From assembly GCA_963833485.1 (NCBI GenBank), contig CAWHXT010000005.1:114845-178844 (forward strand): a stretch of DNA of 64,000 nucleotides, read 5' to 3'. Below are positions 30,773 to 40,617 of the stretch, in pieces. The stretch comes from an uncultured Candidatus Micrarchaeota archaeon (GTDB lineage: Archaea > Micrarchaeota > Micrarchaeia > Micrarchaeales > CABMGC01). The notes below the pieces were generated by a model. That model searched no databases and was not told the DNA's origin. It saw nothing but the letters and a program-made list of their open reading frames with translations. Position numbers and translations under genes: made by a program. Numbering within the stretch: position 1 is the first letter of the stretch; the number at the start of each line of letters is the position of its first letter.

Positions 30773-31264
30773 TTATAAAAAACCTTTGTTATCTTTAGCT
30801 TCATTGAGTTTGAGAATCTCAAAGAGCGTCGGATGGGAGTAGTAAGCGATGACGTCATATGATGGGTCGATCAACTCAATCATTTCCATATTCGTGCGTT
30901 TAATTAGGCTGAAACCTGGTTTTCCAAGACACGCACTCTTGAACGAATCGTAATCAGCGATCGTGAAATCTGCATCCCCGCGTTCAGGACGTTTAGGATC
31001 TGGGCTTCGTATTTTTAATAACTTGAGGGTGCCGGCATCTGTGGAGAGTGGAGTGATATAAAAAACAGGCCCTGTTGGCGTTTCCTGTACTAATGGACCG
31101 AGCTGGCTTGCTACCTTGATCGTCACTTCATACTCGATTAGACTATGAGTGAATATGCAGGCATAATTGACTGGCGCAGTCTTCTCAAAAGTATGTTTCA
31201 TACTAAGTTTAAGCGATTCTGCAACTATACTTTGCACCAGTACTTTAAGTTTATCAGTCTTCAT
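30773..31264 (-). CDS. Hypothetical protein
   Basis: 163-aa ORF in operon orientation; LLKIRSPDPKRPERGDADF. Confidence 0.65.
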   Translation of the reverse strand: MKTDKLKVLVQSIVAESLKLSMKHTFEKTAPVNYACIFTHSLIEYEVTIKVASQLGPLVQETPTGPVFYITPLSTDAGTLKLLKIRSPDPKRPERGDADFTIADYDSFKSACLGKPGFSLIKRTNMEMIELIDPSYDVIAYYSHPTLFEILKLNEAKDNKGFL

Positions 31265-31301
31265 GCATGCTCTCTATAAAAGATACAAAAAATATGGGCG
31301 A

Positions 31302-31502
31302 TTAGTATTCGACAGCAACTTTGAGATTTACTCTGTATTCGTCTACCTTTCCGTTTTCAACCTTTACAGTCATCTTCACTATATCTATACCTCTGAGCCC
31401 CTTCTCCTTCCTGCTGAACTCCTCCACAGCTTTGTTTATCGCGTCGTCAAAGCTTTTCTTTGAGGTGCTTACCACCTCAACAATTTTTCCCACTTCCTTC
31501 AT
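31302..31502 (-). CDS. Dodecin family protein
   Basis: KIVEVV..S.KSFDDAI..AV...LRG...EYRVNLKV, 66 aa. Confidence 0.85.
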   Translation of the reverse strand: MKEVGKIVEVVSTSKKSFDDAINKAVEEFSRKEKGLRGIDIVKMTVKVENGKVDEYRVNLKVAVEY

Positions 31503-31619
31503 TATATCATCTGCAAATTATATCACGGATTAGAGATATAAGGTTAACACTAAGTTAAAGCAAATAAAAAATTAAGAAATAGAATAAAAAAATAAACTAA
31601 ACTGCCTATTTGCTTGAAT

Positions 31620-31964
31620 TTACTGCTCTTCGTTTGAATTCTCGTCGGCTGGCTCTGCAGGCTCGGCAGCTGGTGCAGCAGCGGGTGCCGCTCCTCCAAC
31701 CTTTTCGCCTATTGCGAATCTTGCCTTTACATCAGTGATCTTTACTTGCACTGACTCTCCTTGCTTTGCTCCAGCAACAAAGATGACGAATCCGTCTTTC
31801 TTTGCTATTCCGTCTCCTTTAGAAGCTACTGCTTCTACTGTGACATCTACGATGTCACCGACCTTCACAGGCTTAGGCAGGAAGTAGTTAGGCTTTATGC
31901 CCATCCTTCTTTCTCCTCTGTCATCGCTTCTGCTAGATCTTTCAAATCTGTCCGGTCTTTCCAT
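31620..31964 (-). CDS. Single TRAM-domain RNA-binding protein
   Basis: PVKVGD..DVTVE...KGDGIAKKDGFVIFVAGA. Confidence 0.9.
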   Translation of the reverse strand: MERPDRFERSSRSDDRGERRMGIKPNYFLPKPVKVGDIVDVTVEAVASKGDGIAKKDGFVIFVAGAKQGESVQVKITDVKARFAIGEKVGGAAPAAAPAAEPAEPADENSNEEQ

Positions 31965-32046
31965 TTTATTTTCCTCTGTAGAATTAGCGCTTTGAAACGC
32001 TGTACTACTTGATTAATATGGGCGTTCTCTCATTTATAAACTTATC

Positions 32047-32063
32047 GGTATATTTGGCGTCGT
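32047..32063 (+). repeat. 17-bp direct repeat, left copy GGTATATTTGGCGTCGT
   Basis: Identical to 33081-33097. Confidence 0.85.
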
Positions 32064-32165
32064 GAAAAAAGTCAGAAAATATGTAAAAGTGTGCTAAATT
32101 TCTTTTAAAACAAATATGCAATCATATTCATAAACCGGTAAATCAATATTCTATTTGGGGCTGTA

Positions 32166-33053
32166 ATGTCTAGGATTTATTCGAACAGTATTGAGACTAA
32201 TGGCACTCATATTAGTATAAGAAAGGCTTTGGTAGGGTTGGAGAGAAGAGTGAGCACACCATTTGCGTTGATGTTTACTAGAAGAGGCTTGCGCTCAGAG
32301 TTTGAATCTGTTAAGCCTTTTACCGAAGAGCTCTTTGGTATCAATTTTGATGAGCACCCTCGCCCAAAAATAACGATTGGGTCAGAAATTGCGACTGATT
32401 ACAACATGTGGAAGGCGGAATGGGAGATGCAATTTTCCTTTTTCGCAGCGCTACGTGGAGAGAGACAAAAGAAGAGTGATATCGGCCATGAACAGGCCCA
32501 CTTAGCTTTAGCATATGGCCCTGAAGGCATGAATACAAAGACTTTACATAATACCTATGGGGGTTTCTGGAAAAAAGACGGCTATTATCAGTTTCGTACT
32601 CCTGAAGAGGGTATCGCGGACTTTTCTGAGGCTTTTACCTTAATAAGAGACAGTGGCATTGCAGTCGCTTATGAAAGTATTATGACACAGATGAAGAAGA
32701 TAATAGGAAGACGTCTGAAAGAATTCCGCTCTAAAGATTCTGCAGAAGAGGCTCTCGATAGAGTTTTATTTATGATAAACAACCATCCTGAAGATTGGAA
32801 TGGAGAAAAAGGATATGAGAGTTTCATTGAACATATCAATTTACACAAAGGTAATGGGGTCGTAGATCGATTGCTTGAACGCGAAGGAGATGGAGATCAT
32901 GTATTTGGGCCACTTTATGTTGCAATCTCATTCCGCTTAAGATTCTCAGGGCGTATGCAAATAAATGCAGACGAACTTAGATCTTTCCTAAAATCTATTG
33001 TGAATGGAAAAGCCTTTGCTGATCAATCTGCGCAAAAAGTCTCTAATTTGTGA
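32166..33053 (+). CDS. Hypothetical protein, putative gluzincin-type metallopeptidase
   Basis: HEQAH (HExxH) plus downstream EEGIADF. Confidence 0.55.
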   Translation: MSRIYSNSIETNGTHISIRKALVGLERRVSTPFALMFTRRGLRSEFESVKPFTEELFGINFDEHPRPKITIGSEIATDYNMWKAEWEMQFSFFAALRGERQKKSDIGHEQAHLALAYGPEGMNTKTLHNTYGGFWKKDGYYQFRTPEEGIADFSEAFTLIRDSGIAVAYESIMTQMKKIIGRRLKEFRSKDSAEEALDRVLFMINNHPEDWNGEKGYESFIEHINLHKGNGVVDRLLEREGDGDHVFGPLYVAISFRLRFSGRMQINADELRSFLKSIVNGKAFADQSAQKVSNL

Positions 33054-33080
33054 AAATAGTAATACTTATTTCACGACGCT

Positions 33081-33097
33081 GGTATATTTGGCGTCGT
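33081..33097 (+). repeat. 17-bp direct repeat, right copy, inside a hairpin with ACGACGC (33073-33079)
   Basis: Identical to 32047-32063. Confidence 0.85.
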
Positions 33098-33174
33098 ATA
33101 AAAAGAAAAATCAGCCTGCTTTAAACAAATCACGAGTTAACCTATAAATATAATAAAAATCAAATTTTAATTTG

Positions 33175-33717
33175 ATGACCGTTAAAATAGAGGATGTCCT
33201 TAAGGGAAGGAGGGACATAGGTACCATAATTGATGACAGAGCTTCAACAATTGAACTTACCGCAAACATGCTTTTGCTAAACAAAGCCGTTGGAGGGGAC
33301 GATTCGATACAGCAATACAGAGAGTTGTCTAAGTATACTAGAGAAACCATGAATATTATAATAGCGGCACAGAAAGCAGAAAACGGGCTTGTGGATCAAC
33401 TTACTGAGTTACTCAGCAAGATTGAGAAGAAAGTTGGTGCTGGAGAATTATCAAAAGCCTCTGAGTGCTTGGATGCTGCTGCAACTAAGCTTGAAGAAGC
33501 CGACTGCATTATTTTATCTGAATGGACAAAGGTAGTCAAGAAAGGATTAGAAATGATAACTGCCAACGATAGCATACTTGAATTGGGACGTAATGCTTAC
33601 ATGCAGCTCCTGAAGAGTGGAATGTTAGAAACAGAGAAGCAGATAGAAAAAAAGGAAGGCGAAAGACAGAAATGTTTGACTATAATGATAAAGTTAGATT
33701 CTCTCACAAGAGGATAA
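33175..33717 (+). CDS. Hypothetical helical protein
   Basis: 180-aa ORF, no motif recognised. Confidence 0.55.
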   Translation: MTVKIEDVLKGRRDIGTIIDDRASTIELTANMLLLNKAVGGDDSIQQYRELSKYTRETMNIIIAAQKAENGLVDQLTELLSKIEKKVGAGELSKASECLDAAATKLEEADCIILSEWTKVVKKGLEMITANDSILELGRNAYMQLLKSGMLETEKQIEKKEGERQKCLTIMIKLDSLTRG

Positions 33718-33721
33718 AGTA

Positions 33722-34366
33722 TCAAATTTTAGTTTTGATAGTTCTTGCGAGTTCTTCTACGCTCTCAAAAAGGTAGTCCGGTCCAGCTTCCTTGAGATTC
33801 ACGTAAGTTCCTACACCTCCAGCTACCCCACAAGATGTTATGCCAGCGAGTTGTGCGGTTATCACATCGGAAGCCATGTCGCCTATGTAAATGCTCCTTT
33901 CCTTCTTTGCGCGCATCTTTTTTACTATGACATTTAGCCCTTTAGGATATGGCTTGTATGAATCCACCAGCTCAGAGCATAAAACCAAATCAAAGTATTT
34001 CGATAAATTGAGGCTATGCGTCTCTTGCTTTAATCGGTATGGTCTTGCATCAGAGAAAATAGCTACTTTCTTCTTTGCATTTTTTAGAGACTGTAGTGTT
34101 TCGAGCGCGCCTTCTCTAAGTTTCGTTTTTACAAAGGTGCTGTAAACATCATAAATTGATTCGTACAGCTTATGCTCCTCTGCCTCGATCTTAATGTTTT
34201 GAATTTCAAAGTTTTCCTTTCTGAATTCTTCCATGTGTTCCTTTATGTACCACGGCTTGTATCTCTGCTTCAAGGAGTCTCTTACTACTGTCAAGAAACC
34301 AGATGTACTAAGAGTGCCGTCCCAGTCAAATATGAAAAGATCGAATTTCCTCAGCAAAGTTTGCAT
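33722..34366 (-). CDS. HAD-superfamily hydrolase (phosphoglycolate phosphatase-like)
   Basis: FDWDGTL, KPYP, YIGDMASD. Confidence 0.9.
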   Translation of the reverse strand: MQTLLRKFDLFIFDWDGTLSTSGFLTVVRDSLKQRYKPWYIKEHMEEFRKENFEIQNIKIEAEEHKLYESIYDVYSTFVKTKLREGALETLQSLKNAKKKVAIFSDARPYRLKQETHSLNLSKYFDLVLCSELVDSYKPYPKGLNVIVKKMRAKKERSIYIGDMASDVITAQLAGITSCGVAGGVGTYVNLKEAGPDYLFESVEELARTIKTKI

Positions 34367-34397
34367 AAGAGTTATTAATCTTCTTAACAAATAAAAA

Positions 34398-34460
34398 TCT
34401 GATGATGATTGAGGTAATCGCTGAGCTTTTGCTATGACGAGTGATAGGCGGTCTGAGAAG
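34398..34460 (+). ncRNA. Box C/D 2'-O-methylation guide sRNA
   Basis: C ATGATGA 34402-08, 12-nt guide, D' CTGA 34421-24, C' ATGACGA 34434-40, 12-nt guide, D CTGA 34453-56. Confidence 0.88.
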
Positions 34461-34468
34461 GTTTTATT

Positions 34469-35368
34469 GTGGAAGAAAAGAGCAATGTCCTAGCCAAATT
34501 GAAGAAATCTAGTATACTTGCTACGGATGTTGCCGGACAGTATTGGTGTGAGCGCCAGACGGAGCTCAACTACTTGTATGGAAAGAGGTATGCAACGGCC
34601 GCTATGAAGCAGGGAAGTAAGATCCATAAGGAACTTCAGGAGGAGCTGGAGACTACAATAAGCGTTGAACCAATAAATTATGCTGACTTCTTGTACAAGG
34701 AAGCGTATGAAAATTATCTAACACTCAAGAGCTTGAACGAAAAAGGAATAGGGAGAGAGCTTAAAGTATATGGATTGATAAACGGGTTTAAAATATCTGG
34801 GAAGATAGACGAGCTAAGACATAAGGGAGGCAAGACGTCGATTGCTGAGATAAAGACTAGAGACTTGAATGGCAAACTAGGAAGGAGTCCATCTGATGTA
34901 AAACATGTGAGCGAGGCTACAATGCGACCTCATAGGGTCCAGGTTATGATCTACAAGAGACTTCTTGACGATCTTAAAGATAAAAATTATACTTTTGAGA
35001 ATTTTAATAAGGCGTATTCGGTGAGTAAATTAGCACTCTCAGAAAAATTCCTCGAGCAGCTGAAGATTCTTGGAATGGACACTTCGATCAAGATTGAGGA
35101 GATTTATAAGATGATGTTTGAACAGATATATAAGATGCCACAGGTCAGCGACAGGCTGGAACTCAAGTACGTGGACAGATACACTGGAAAAGAGTTTGCG
35201 GAGGTCGACATTGAGTATAAGAAAAATGAGTTCGATGAAATGCTCAAGGATGCGATGGGATATTGGAATGGAGAGAGGGAGTCAAGGCCGGTTGCGAAAG
35301 ACGAGAGCTGGAAATGCCGCTTCTGCAAGTTCTTTGGAAATGAATGTAAGGCATGGTGGTCTGGTTGA
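34469..35368 (+). CDS. Exonuclease V (Exo5)/Cas4-like PD-(D/E)xK nuclease with Fe-S cysteines
   Basis: QYWCE, SGKIDEL, EIKT, QVMIY, CRFC..C. Confidence 0.8.
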   Translation: MEEKSNVLAKLKKSSILATDVAGQYWCERQTELNYLYGKRYATAAMKQGSKIHKELQEELETTISVEPINYADFLYKEAYENYLTLKSLNEKGIGRELKVYGLINGFKISGKIDELRHKGGKTSIAEIKTRDLNGKLGRSPSDVKHVSEATMRPHRVQVMIYKRLLDDLKDKNYTFENFNKAYSVSKLALSEKFLEQLKILGMDTSIKIEEIYKMMFEQIYKMPQVSDRLELKYVDRYTGKEFAEVDIEYKKNEFDEMLKDAMGYWNGERESRPVAKDESWKCRFCKFFGNECKAWWSG

Positions 35369-38037
35369 CAATTGAAGTAAGTGATCTTAACAAGAAGTCG
35401 TTGCGTGAAGAGTTTGGTAGGAGGTATAACGACTACTATTCTACAGCACTATTTGACGAGAAAGGATTTACGAGAGAAATATGCAGCGAATGTGGAAGAG
35501 GCTTTTGGAGTATAGAGGACAGGGATACCTGTGGAGAGCATGAGCCTTACACCTTCTTCAAGAGTAAGCCGATAAAGACCAGTTATGTAGAGCTTTGGAA
35601 GATGTTTTCCGATTTCTTCAAGAAGAACAAGCATGTGATAATTGATAGGTATCCTGTAGTGAGCAGGTGGAGACAGGATCTTTACTTTACAATTGCAGGC
35701 ATCCAAGATTTTCAAAGGATAGAAAATGGACTGATGAACTTTGAATATCCTGCAAATCCTTTGCTAGTTCCGCAGATCTGCCTTAGATTCAGTGATATTG
35801 AGAACGTTGGGGTTACGGGAAAGCATTTCACTGCCTTCACCATGGCAAACCAAACTTCGTTTAATTGGCCAAAGGAGGGTTATTGGAGAGATAAAACAAT
35901 AGAGCTTAATTACAAGCTTATGACAGAAGTCCTAGGTGTCGAGAAGGAGGAGCTTATTTACCATGAGGATGTCTGGGCTATGGGGGACTTTTCAGAATTC
36001 GGACCTTCTTTAGAATTCTTCGCACACGGGTTGGAGATGGGAAACAACGTTTTCACCCAGTTTGAATATTCTAACGGAAAGATAAGAGAATTGGATGGGA
36101 AAGTAGTTGATGTTGGTTGGGGGTTCGAAAGGGTACTATGGTTTTATACAGGATACAACTCAGCATTCGCCGCAGTTTTCAATGGCCTTGTGGAGAAGAT
36201 TAGTAAGAAAACAGAGTTGGACTTTGATAACGAAATTTTCAAGAAGTTTTCGAGAGTTGCGGGAGAATTTGATTTCTCTGAAGGAAACGAGGCGAGGCAA
36301 AAAGAGAAGGCGTTACTTAAAGAACTGAATATATCTGAAAAACGGTCTGAAGAGGAGATCAGACCAATTCAGGCAGCGTACTCTGTTTTTGACCACACAA
36401 GAACTTTGTTGTTCGCAATCGCGGATGGTGGGTTGCCCTCAAACATTGGAGGAGGTTACAACCTTAGAATAATACTAAGAAGAGCGCTTAATTTCATCGA
36501 GGAGTACAAGCTGGATATCAGCATGGAAGAGATTGCTAGACTTGAGGCTGCTGAATTAAAGGAGATGTACCCAGAACTTACTAAGAGTCTTGATAGTTTT
36601 GACAAGATCGTTTCAGTTGAGGCAGGTAGGTACAATAAAAGCAGAGAAAACGCTGGCAAGATAGTGGAGGGATTGCTGGCTAAGACAAAGAAAATTAATG
36701 GCAAAGAGCTACGAACATTATATGAAAGCTATGGAATTACCCCAGAACTCATACAGGAGTATGCGACAACTAAGAAAATCAAGATCGAGATGCCGGCAAA
36801 TCTATACGAAGGTATGGTTCAAGGAGATTTCGTAAAGAGAGAGAAAGAGAAGAAACTTAAAATTGATTTGCCGAAGCTGCCGAAGACTGTTCCTTTGTAT
36901 TATGAATCCCTAGAAGCTGAGGCTGAAATCCTATTCTCACACAGAAATTATCTGGTACTTGACAAAACACCCTTCTATCCAGAAGGGGGAGGACAAATGG
37001 CCGACCATGGAACTATAGGTGAGGGAAAGGTGAAAGATGTGCAGAGGGTAGGAGACGTGATCGTGCACATTATGGAGCAGGATGTTGGAAATAACAAAGA
37101 GTTTAGGACTGGCTTGATTGTAAAAGCAATTGTCGATGTTGACAGGAGAAGAAGACTCATGGCACACCACACTGCGACTCATCTGGTAAACGCATGCTCA
37201 AGAGAAGTGCTTGGAAAGCACGTATGGCAGGAAGGCACCACCAAGGACTATGAGAAAGCAAGAATAGACATTTCGCACTACGAGAAGGTGAGCGACGAGC
37301 AGGTGAAAGAGATAGAGAACAGAATCAACCGTTACCTGCAGGAGGGCATAAAGGTGGAAGTGAAGGAGATGGAAAGAGGGGAGGCGGAAAAGAAGTACGG
37401 ATTTACAATATATCAGGGGCACGGTACCCCATCAAAGATCATGAGGATAGTCACGATCTCCACAAGAGATGGTAAGCTCATTGATGCTGAAGCGTGTGGA
37501 GGGACACATGCTGTTGGGAAGGAGAGTTACATAGGCATGGTAAAGATCATAAGCGCAACTAAGGTTCACGATGGTGTTACAAGACTTGAGTTCGTTGCTG
37601 GGCCTGCGGCACTGGCTTACTTCCAGAAGGAGGACAGCGCTCTCTCCGTAATAGGCGAAACCATGAATGTTGAGAAGCTCAAGAGCGCAGAGGCGGTGCT
37701 TGCTTCAAGAGAGGGGTATAGGGAGTTATACAAGAAGCTGAACCAGTACGACGAAGTTATGGGTAAGATAATAGCGGAGCAACTTGCAGGAGAGGATATT
37801 ATTGAAAAGAAGTTAGAAAAAGCGCCTAGGGATCTTCTACGAGCAGTTGCGGCGGCAGTGGTGGAGAAGAATAAGAAGGCTATGATCTTACTTACAAATA
37901 ACGCAGGGGACGTTATTTGCATGTGTGGAGAAGCAGCGCAGAAAGGAGCGATAGACTTTGTAAAGGAGAAGCTTTCTGCTAAGGGCTTTAAAGGAGGAGG
38001 GTCGAAAAAGGTGGCAGAAGGAAAGCTGGAGAAATGA
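35353..38037 (+). CDS. alaS: Alanine--tRNA ligase (archaeal type; start may be TTG 35365)
   Basis: YPVVSRWR, VDVGWGFER, HHTATH, EACGGTH, GGGS. Confidence 0.96.
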   Translation: MVVWLTIEVSDLNKKSLREEFGRRYNDYYSTALFDEKGFTREICSECGRGFWSIEDRDTCGEHEPYTFFKSKPIKTSYVELWKMFSDFFKKNKHVIIDRYPVVSRWRQDLYFTIAGIQDFQRIENGLMNFEYPANPLLVPQICLRFSDIENVGVTGKHFTAFTMANQTSFNWPKEGYWRDKTIELNYKLMTEVLGVEKEELIYHEDVWAMGDFSEFGPSLEFFAHGLEMGNNVFTQFEYSNGKIRELDGKVVDVGWGFERVLWFYTGYNSAFAAVFNGLVEKISKKTELDFDNEIFKKFSRVAGEFDFSEGNEARQKEKALLKELNISEKRSEEEIRPIQAAYSVFDHTRTLLFAIADGGLPSNIGGGYNLRIILRRALNFIEEYKLDISMEEIARLEAAELKEMYPELTKSLDSFDKIVSVEAGRYNKSRENAGKIVEGLLAKTKKINGKELRTLYESYGITPELIQEYATTKKIKIEMPANLYEGMVQGDFVKREKEKKLKIDLPKLPKTVPLYYESLEAEAEILFSHRNYLVLDKTPFYPEGGGQMADHGTIGEGKVKDVQRVGDVIVHIMEQDVGNNKEFRTGLIVKAIVDVDRRRRLMAHHTATHLVNACSREVLGKHVWQEGTTKDYEKARIDISHYEKVSDEQVKEIENRINRYLQEGIKVEVKEMERGEAEKKYGFTIYQGHGTPSKIMRIVTISTRDGKLIDAEACGGTHAVGKESYIGMVKIISATKVHDGVTRLEFVAGPAALAYFQKEDSALSVIGETMNVEKLKSAEAVLASREGYRELYKKLNQYDEVMGKIIAEQLAGEDIIEKKLEKAPRDLLRAVAAAVVEKNKKAMILLTNNAGDVICMCGEAAQKGAIDFVKEKLSAKGFKGGGSKKVAEGKLEK

Positions 38038-38537
38038 TCTCTATGAATTTATACACACTGATAATTTATCCCTTAATATTCATATTTCCTGCATACGTAG
38101 CAAATGGGGCACCGGTGGTATTTGGAGGAGGCAGGGTGATAGACAACGGAATGCTGTTGTGGGGCAAACCGCTCTTTGGTAAAAATAAGACTATCAGAGG
38201 ATTGGTTGCTGGGATACTTTCAGGTAGCTTCATTGCCTTTCTTGAATCGTTGTTCATTCCTTCTCTTCTCATTTCAGGAATTGCGATGAGCTTTGGCGCT
38301 CACTTTGGAGACCTCATAGGGAGTTTCATTAAGAGGAGGATGGGAAAGGGTTCTGGAGCAAACGTCTTTTTCCTCGACCAATACCTGTTCGTGATATTTG
38401 CGCTAGTGTTTGCTTATCCATTTGGAAACTTCCTGAGCTTCTGGGGGCTTATTTTCATACTAGTACTTTCAGGCGTTCTGCATCCGCTTACCAACGCTGT
38501 GGCTCATAAACTTAAGCTTAAGAGCGTCCCGTGGTAG
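38034..38537 (+). CDS. carS: CDP-archaeol synthase
   Basis: PAYVANGAPV, GKNKTIRG, GDLIGSFIKRR, LDQ, VPW terminus. Confidence 0.92.
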   Translation: MISMNLYTLIIYPLIFIFPAYVANGAPVVFGGGRVIDNGMLLWGKPLFGKNKTIRGLVAGILSGSFIAFLESLFIPSLLISGIAMSFGAHFGDLIGSFIKRRMGKGSGANVFFLDQYLFVIFALVFAYPFGNFLSFWGLIFILVLSGVLHPLTNAVAHKLKLKSVPW

Positions 38538-40079
38538 TTAGAACAGTATCCATATCCATGGAAGAGCGTTTATCACAAATAGAGCAAGCACAAAGATGCC
38601 TATTGCGATGAGAAGCTTCTTTTTCTTTCCTGCCCTTACGGAGTATATCTGCCAGCCGTCAAGTCCTGGAAGAGGAAGGAGGTTGACGATTCCTATGAAG
38701 AAGTTGAACGCCAGAGAAAGCACGAGCACTACGTAAATGAAATAGACAAACTGATCGTATGGCGCGGGGCTCTTTAGCGCCTGCTCTTCACTTACATATA
38801 CACCAATCTTGCCTGCAGAGTTGGCCTTTATTGTATAGTTTCCCTTGCTGGTCACTAAGCTGACGTTAGTGAACGGCTTGTCCTGCGAACCTGCCGCATT
38901 GACATCTGAGATGTTATTGATCTTATGATTGTTCCACTGGTACACTATCGCGCCTGCTGGAATAACGTTAAAAGCTGGAGAATTCGGAACAGTTGAGCTT
39001 ATTACAGCCGCATTGACTAATACATTAGAGAGCACATATGTTGTAAGAAGTACAAGCAGAACGAAAGCTACTACTGCAGTGAATATGTTTGCAGAGACTC
39101 CTGCTATGAAGATTCTGTTCTGCTTTATCTGATCTAACTTCTTCACCTGTTTTTCGTCTGGCTCTACGAAAGCGCCAATAGGAACTAAACCGAAGATAAG
39201 CAAGCCTATCTGTTTTATCTTAACTTTTGCTATTCTTGCAAGTATCCCATGAGAGAACTCATGGACTATCAATATTATCGCAAGGGTAACGACGCCAGCT
39301 ACCAGGGGCACTGTAAATCCTGGGATTACTGGACCAAATCCTGGAACCTGCGAGCTCAATGAACCTGTATTCGGGCTCTTTGCTACCACACTCGCCAGGA
39401 ATACTGCTATGCCATAAAGTATCTCAGCTGCGTTTAAGGCAAGGATTGCAACTATGAAGAGCAGGAAGCCACCTGCAAGAATGATTAAATCAATCACAAG
39501 ATCGTAAGGCGTGGCCAGAGCGCATGAGCCGCTGCCAGCTTGGAATACGCACTGGGATACGGTATGCAGCAAATTCTCAATGAAGCCGAAGCTAAACGTC
39601 TGGGCGCCTGATGGTATGTTGCTTATTCTCGAGCTGACTCCTGGAAGATTTATGAAGCTTAGAGAGGGAACAGATGCAGGGAGAAGTATGTAAAAGAGCA
39701 TGAACATGGTGATCAGCCCAAATACTAGCATCTTCTTGCTTACCTGCTTCTTGAATATCAGGTATGAGAGTAAGCCGAAGCTTATGACGAACCCCCAGTC
39801 TGCGAACGCGTTCCATAAGCGTGGCGAAAGCTTAGACAGCTTATCTACCAATCCGATACCCTTCTTTCCTCCAAGCAGATACGCGACAAACATCAACTTA
39901 AGGCCGTTGGTTGTGGCTATTATCCAGCTATCATACCCAAGAATTAGGAGTGCAACGACGATCTTGACCAGTGGATTAAAGCTAGTGTAGTATAAGTAAT
40001 AGAAGAGCGCCAGTGTGGCCAGCACGAATAGCGTGGTCGTTAGTAACCTATAACTTTTTGATTTAGGAACCAGTTTCAT
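38538..40079 (-). CDS. Site-2 protease (M50) with PDZ-like domain
   Basis: HEFSHG, GAFVEPD, NLLPLPGLDG. Confidence 0.9.
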   Translation of the reverse strand: MKLVPKSKSYRLLTTTLFVLATLALFYYLYYTSFNPLVKIVVALLILGYDSWIIATTNGLKLMFVAYLLGGKKGIGLVDKLSKLSPRLWNAFADWGFVISFGLLSYLIFKKQVSKKMLVFGLITMFMLFYILLPASVPSLSFINLPGVSSRISNIPSGAQTFSFGFIENLLHTVSQCVFQAGSGSCALATPYDLVIDLIILAGGFLLFIVAILALNAAEILYGIAVFLASVVAKSPNTGSLSSQVPGFGPVIPGFTVPLVAGVVTLAIILIVHEFSHGILARIAKVKIKQIGLLIFGLVPIGAFVEPDEKQVKKLDQIKQNRIFIAGVSANIFTAVVAFVLLVLLTTYVLSNVLVNAAVISSTVPNSPAFNVIPAGAIVYQWNNHKINNISDVNAAGSQDKPFTNVSLVTSKGNYTIKANSAGKIGVYVSEEQALKSPAPYDQFVYFIYVVLVLSLAFNFFIGIVNLLPLPGLDGWQIYSVRAGKKKKLLIAIGIFVLALFVINALPWIWILF

Positions 40080-40143
40080 AGATATCAGTCAAGTAGGTAA
40101 ATGCATTATATAAGTTGTGCAATAATATTAAAAAGGTGGTTGA

Positions 40144-40617
40144 ATGGAAACCTGTGAGGTGTGCGGAAAAGCAACAGAGGAGTTATATCTTGCAAGAATA
40201 GAGGAAGCTACCATGTGGGTATGTCTCTCCTGCTCTAGAGGAAAGCAGGTACTTCAAAGCATGAACATAAAACAGGAAAGTCCGAAACAGGTTGCGATCA
40301 AGAAGGGGAAGGAAGAGGAAGAAATAGCAGAAAACTACGGCGAAGTGATAAGGAAAGCGAGAGACAGGCTTGGGTTGCCGCTGAAGGTGCTTGCTGAAAG
40401 GATAAGTGAGAAGGAGAGTGAGCTTGTTAGAGTAGAAAAGCAGAAGACTCTTCCAAGCGAGAGCCTTAGGAAGAGGCTTGAGAAGGAGCTAGGCATAAAG
40501 CTGACAGTTAAAGTGGAGCAGGAAAAGAAGCAGGTCACCACAAGCAAGAACGAACCGATAACTATAGGGGATGCGGCTTTCAGTAAGAAGCAGATTGATG
40601 AAGAGGAGAGTGAGTAG
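40144..40617 (+). CDS. Archaeal multiprotein bridging factor aMBF1
   Basis: N-terminal CEVCG..CLSC Zn ribbon plus Cro-type HTH. Confidence 0.88.
   Translation: METCEVCGKATEELYLARIEEATMWVCLSCSRGKQVLQSMNIKQESPKQVAIKKGKEEEEIAENYGEVIRKARDRLGLPLKVLAERISEKESELVRVEKQKTLPSESLRKRLEKELGIKLTVKVEQEKKQVTTSKNEPITIGDAAFSKKQIDEEESE

Noticed and set aside
34469-35368. CRISPR-Cas locus suggested by the Cas4-like gene
   Set aside because: No repeat-spacer array or other cas genes seen in the window
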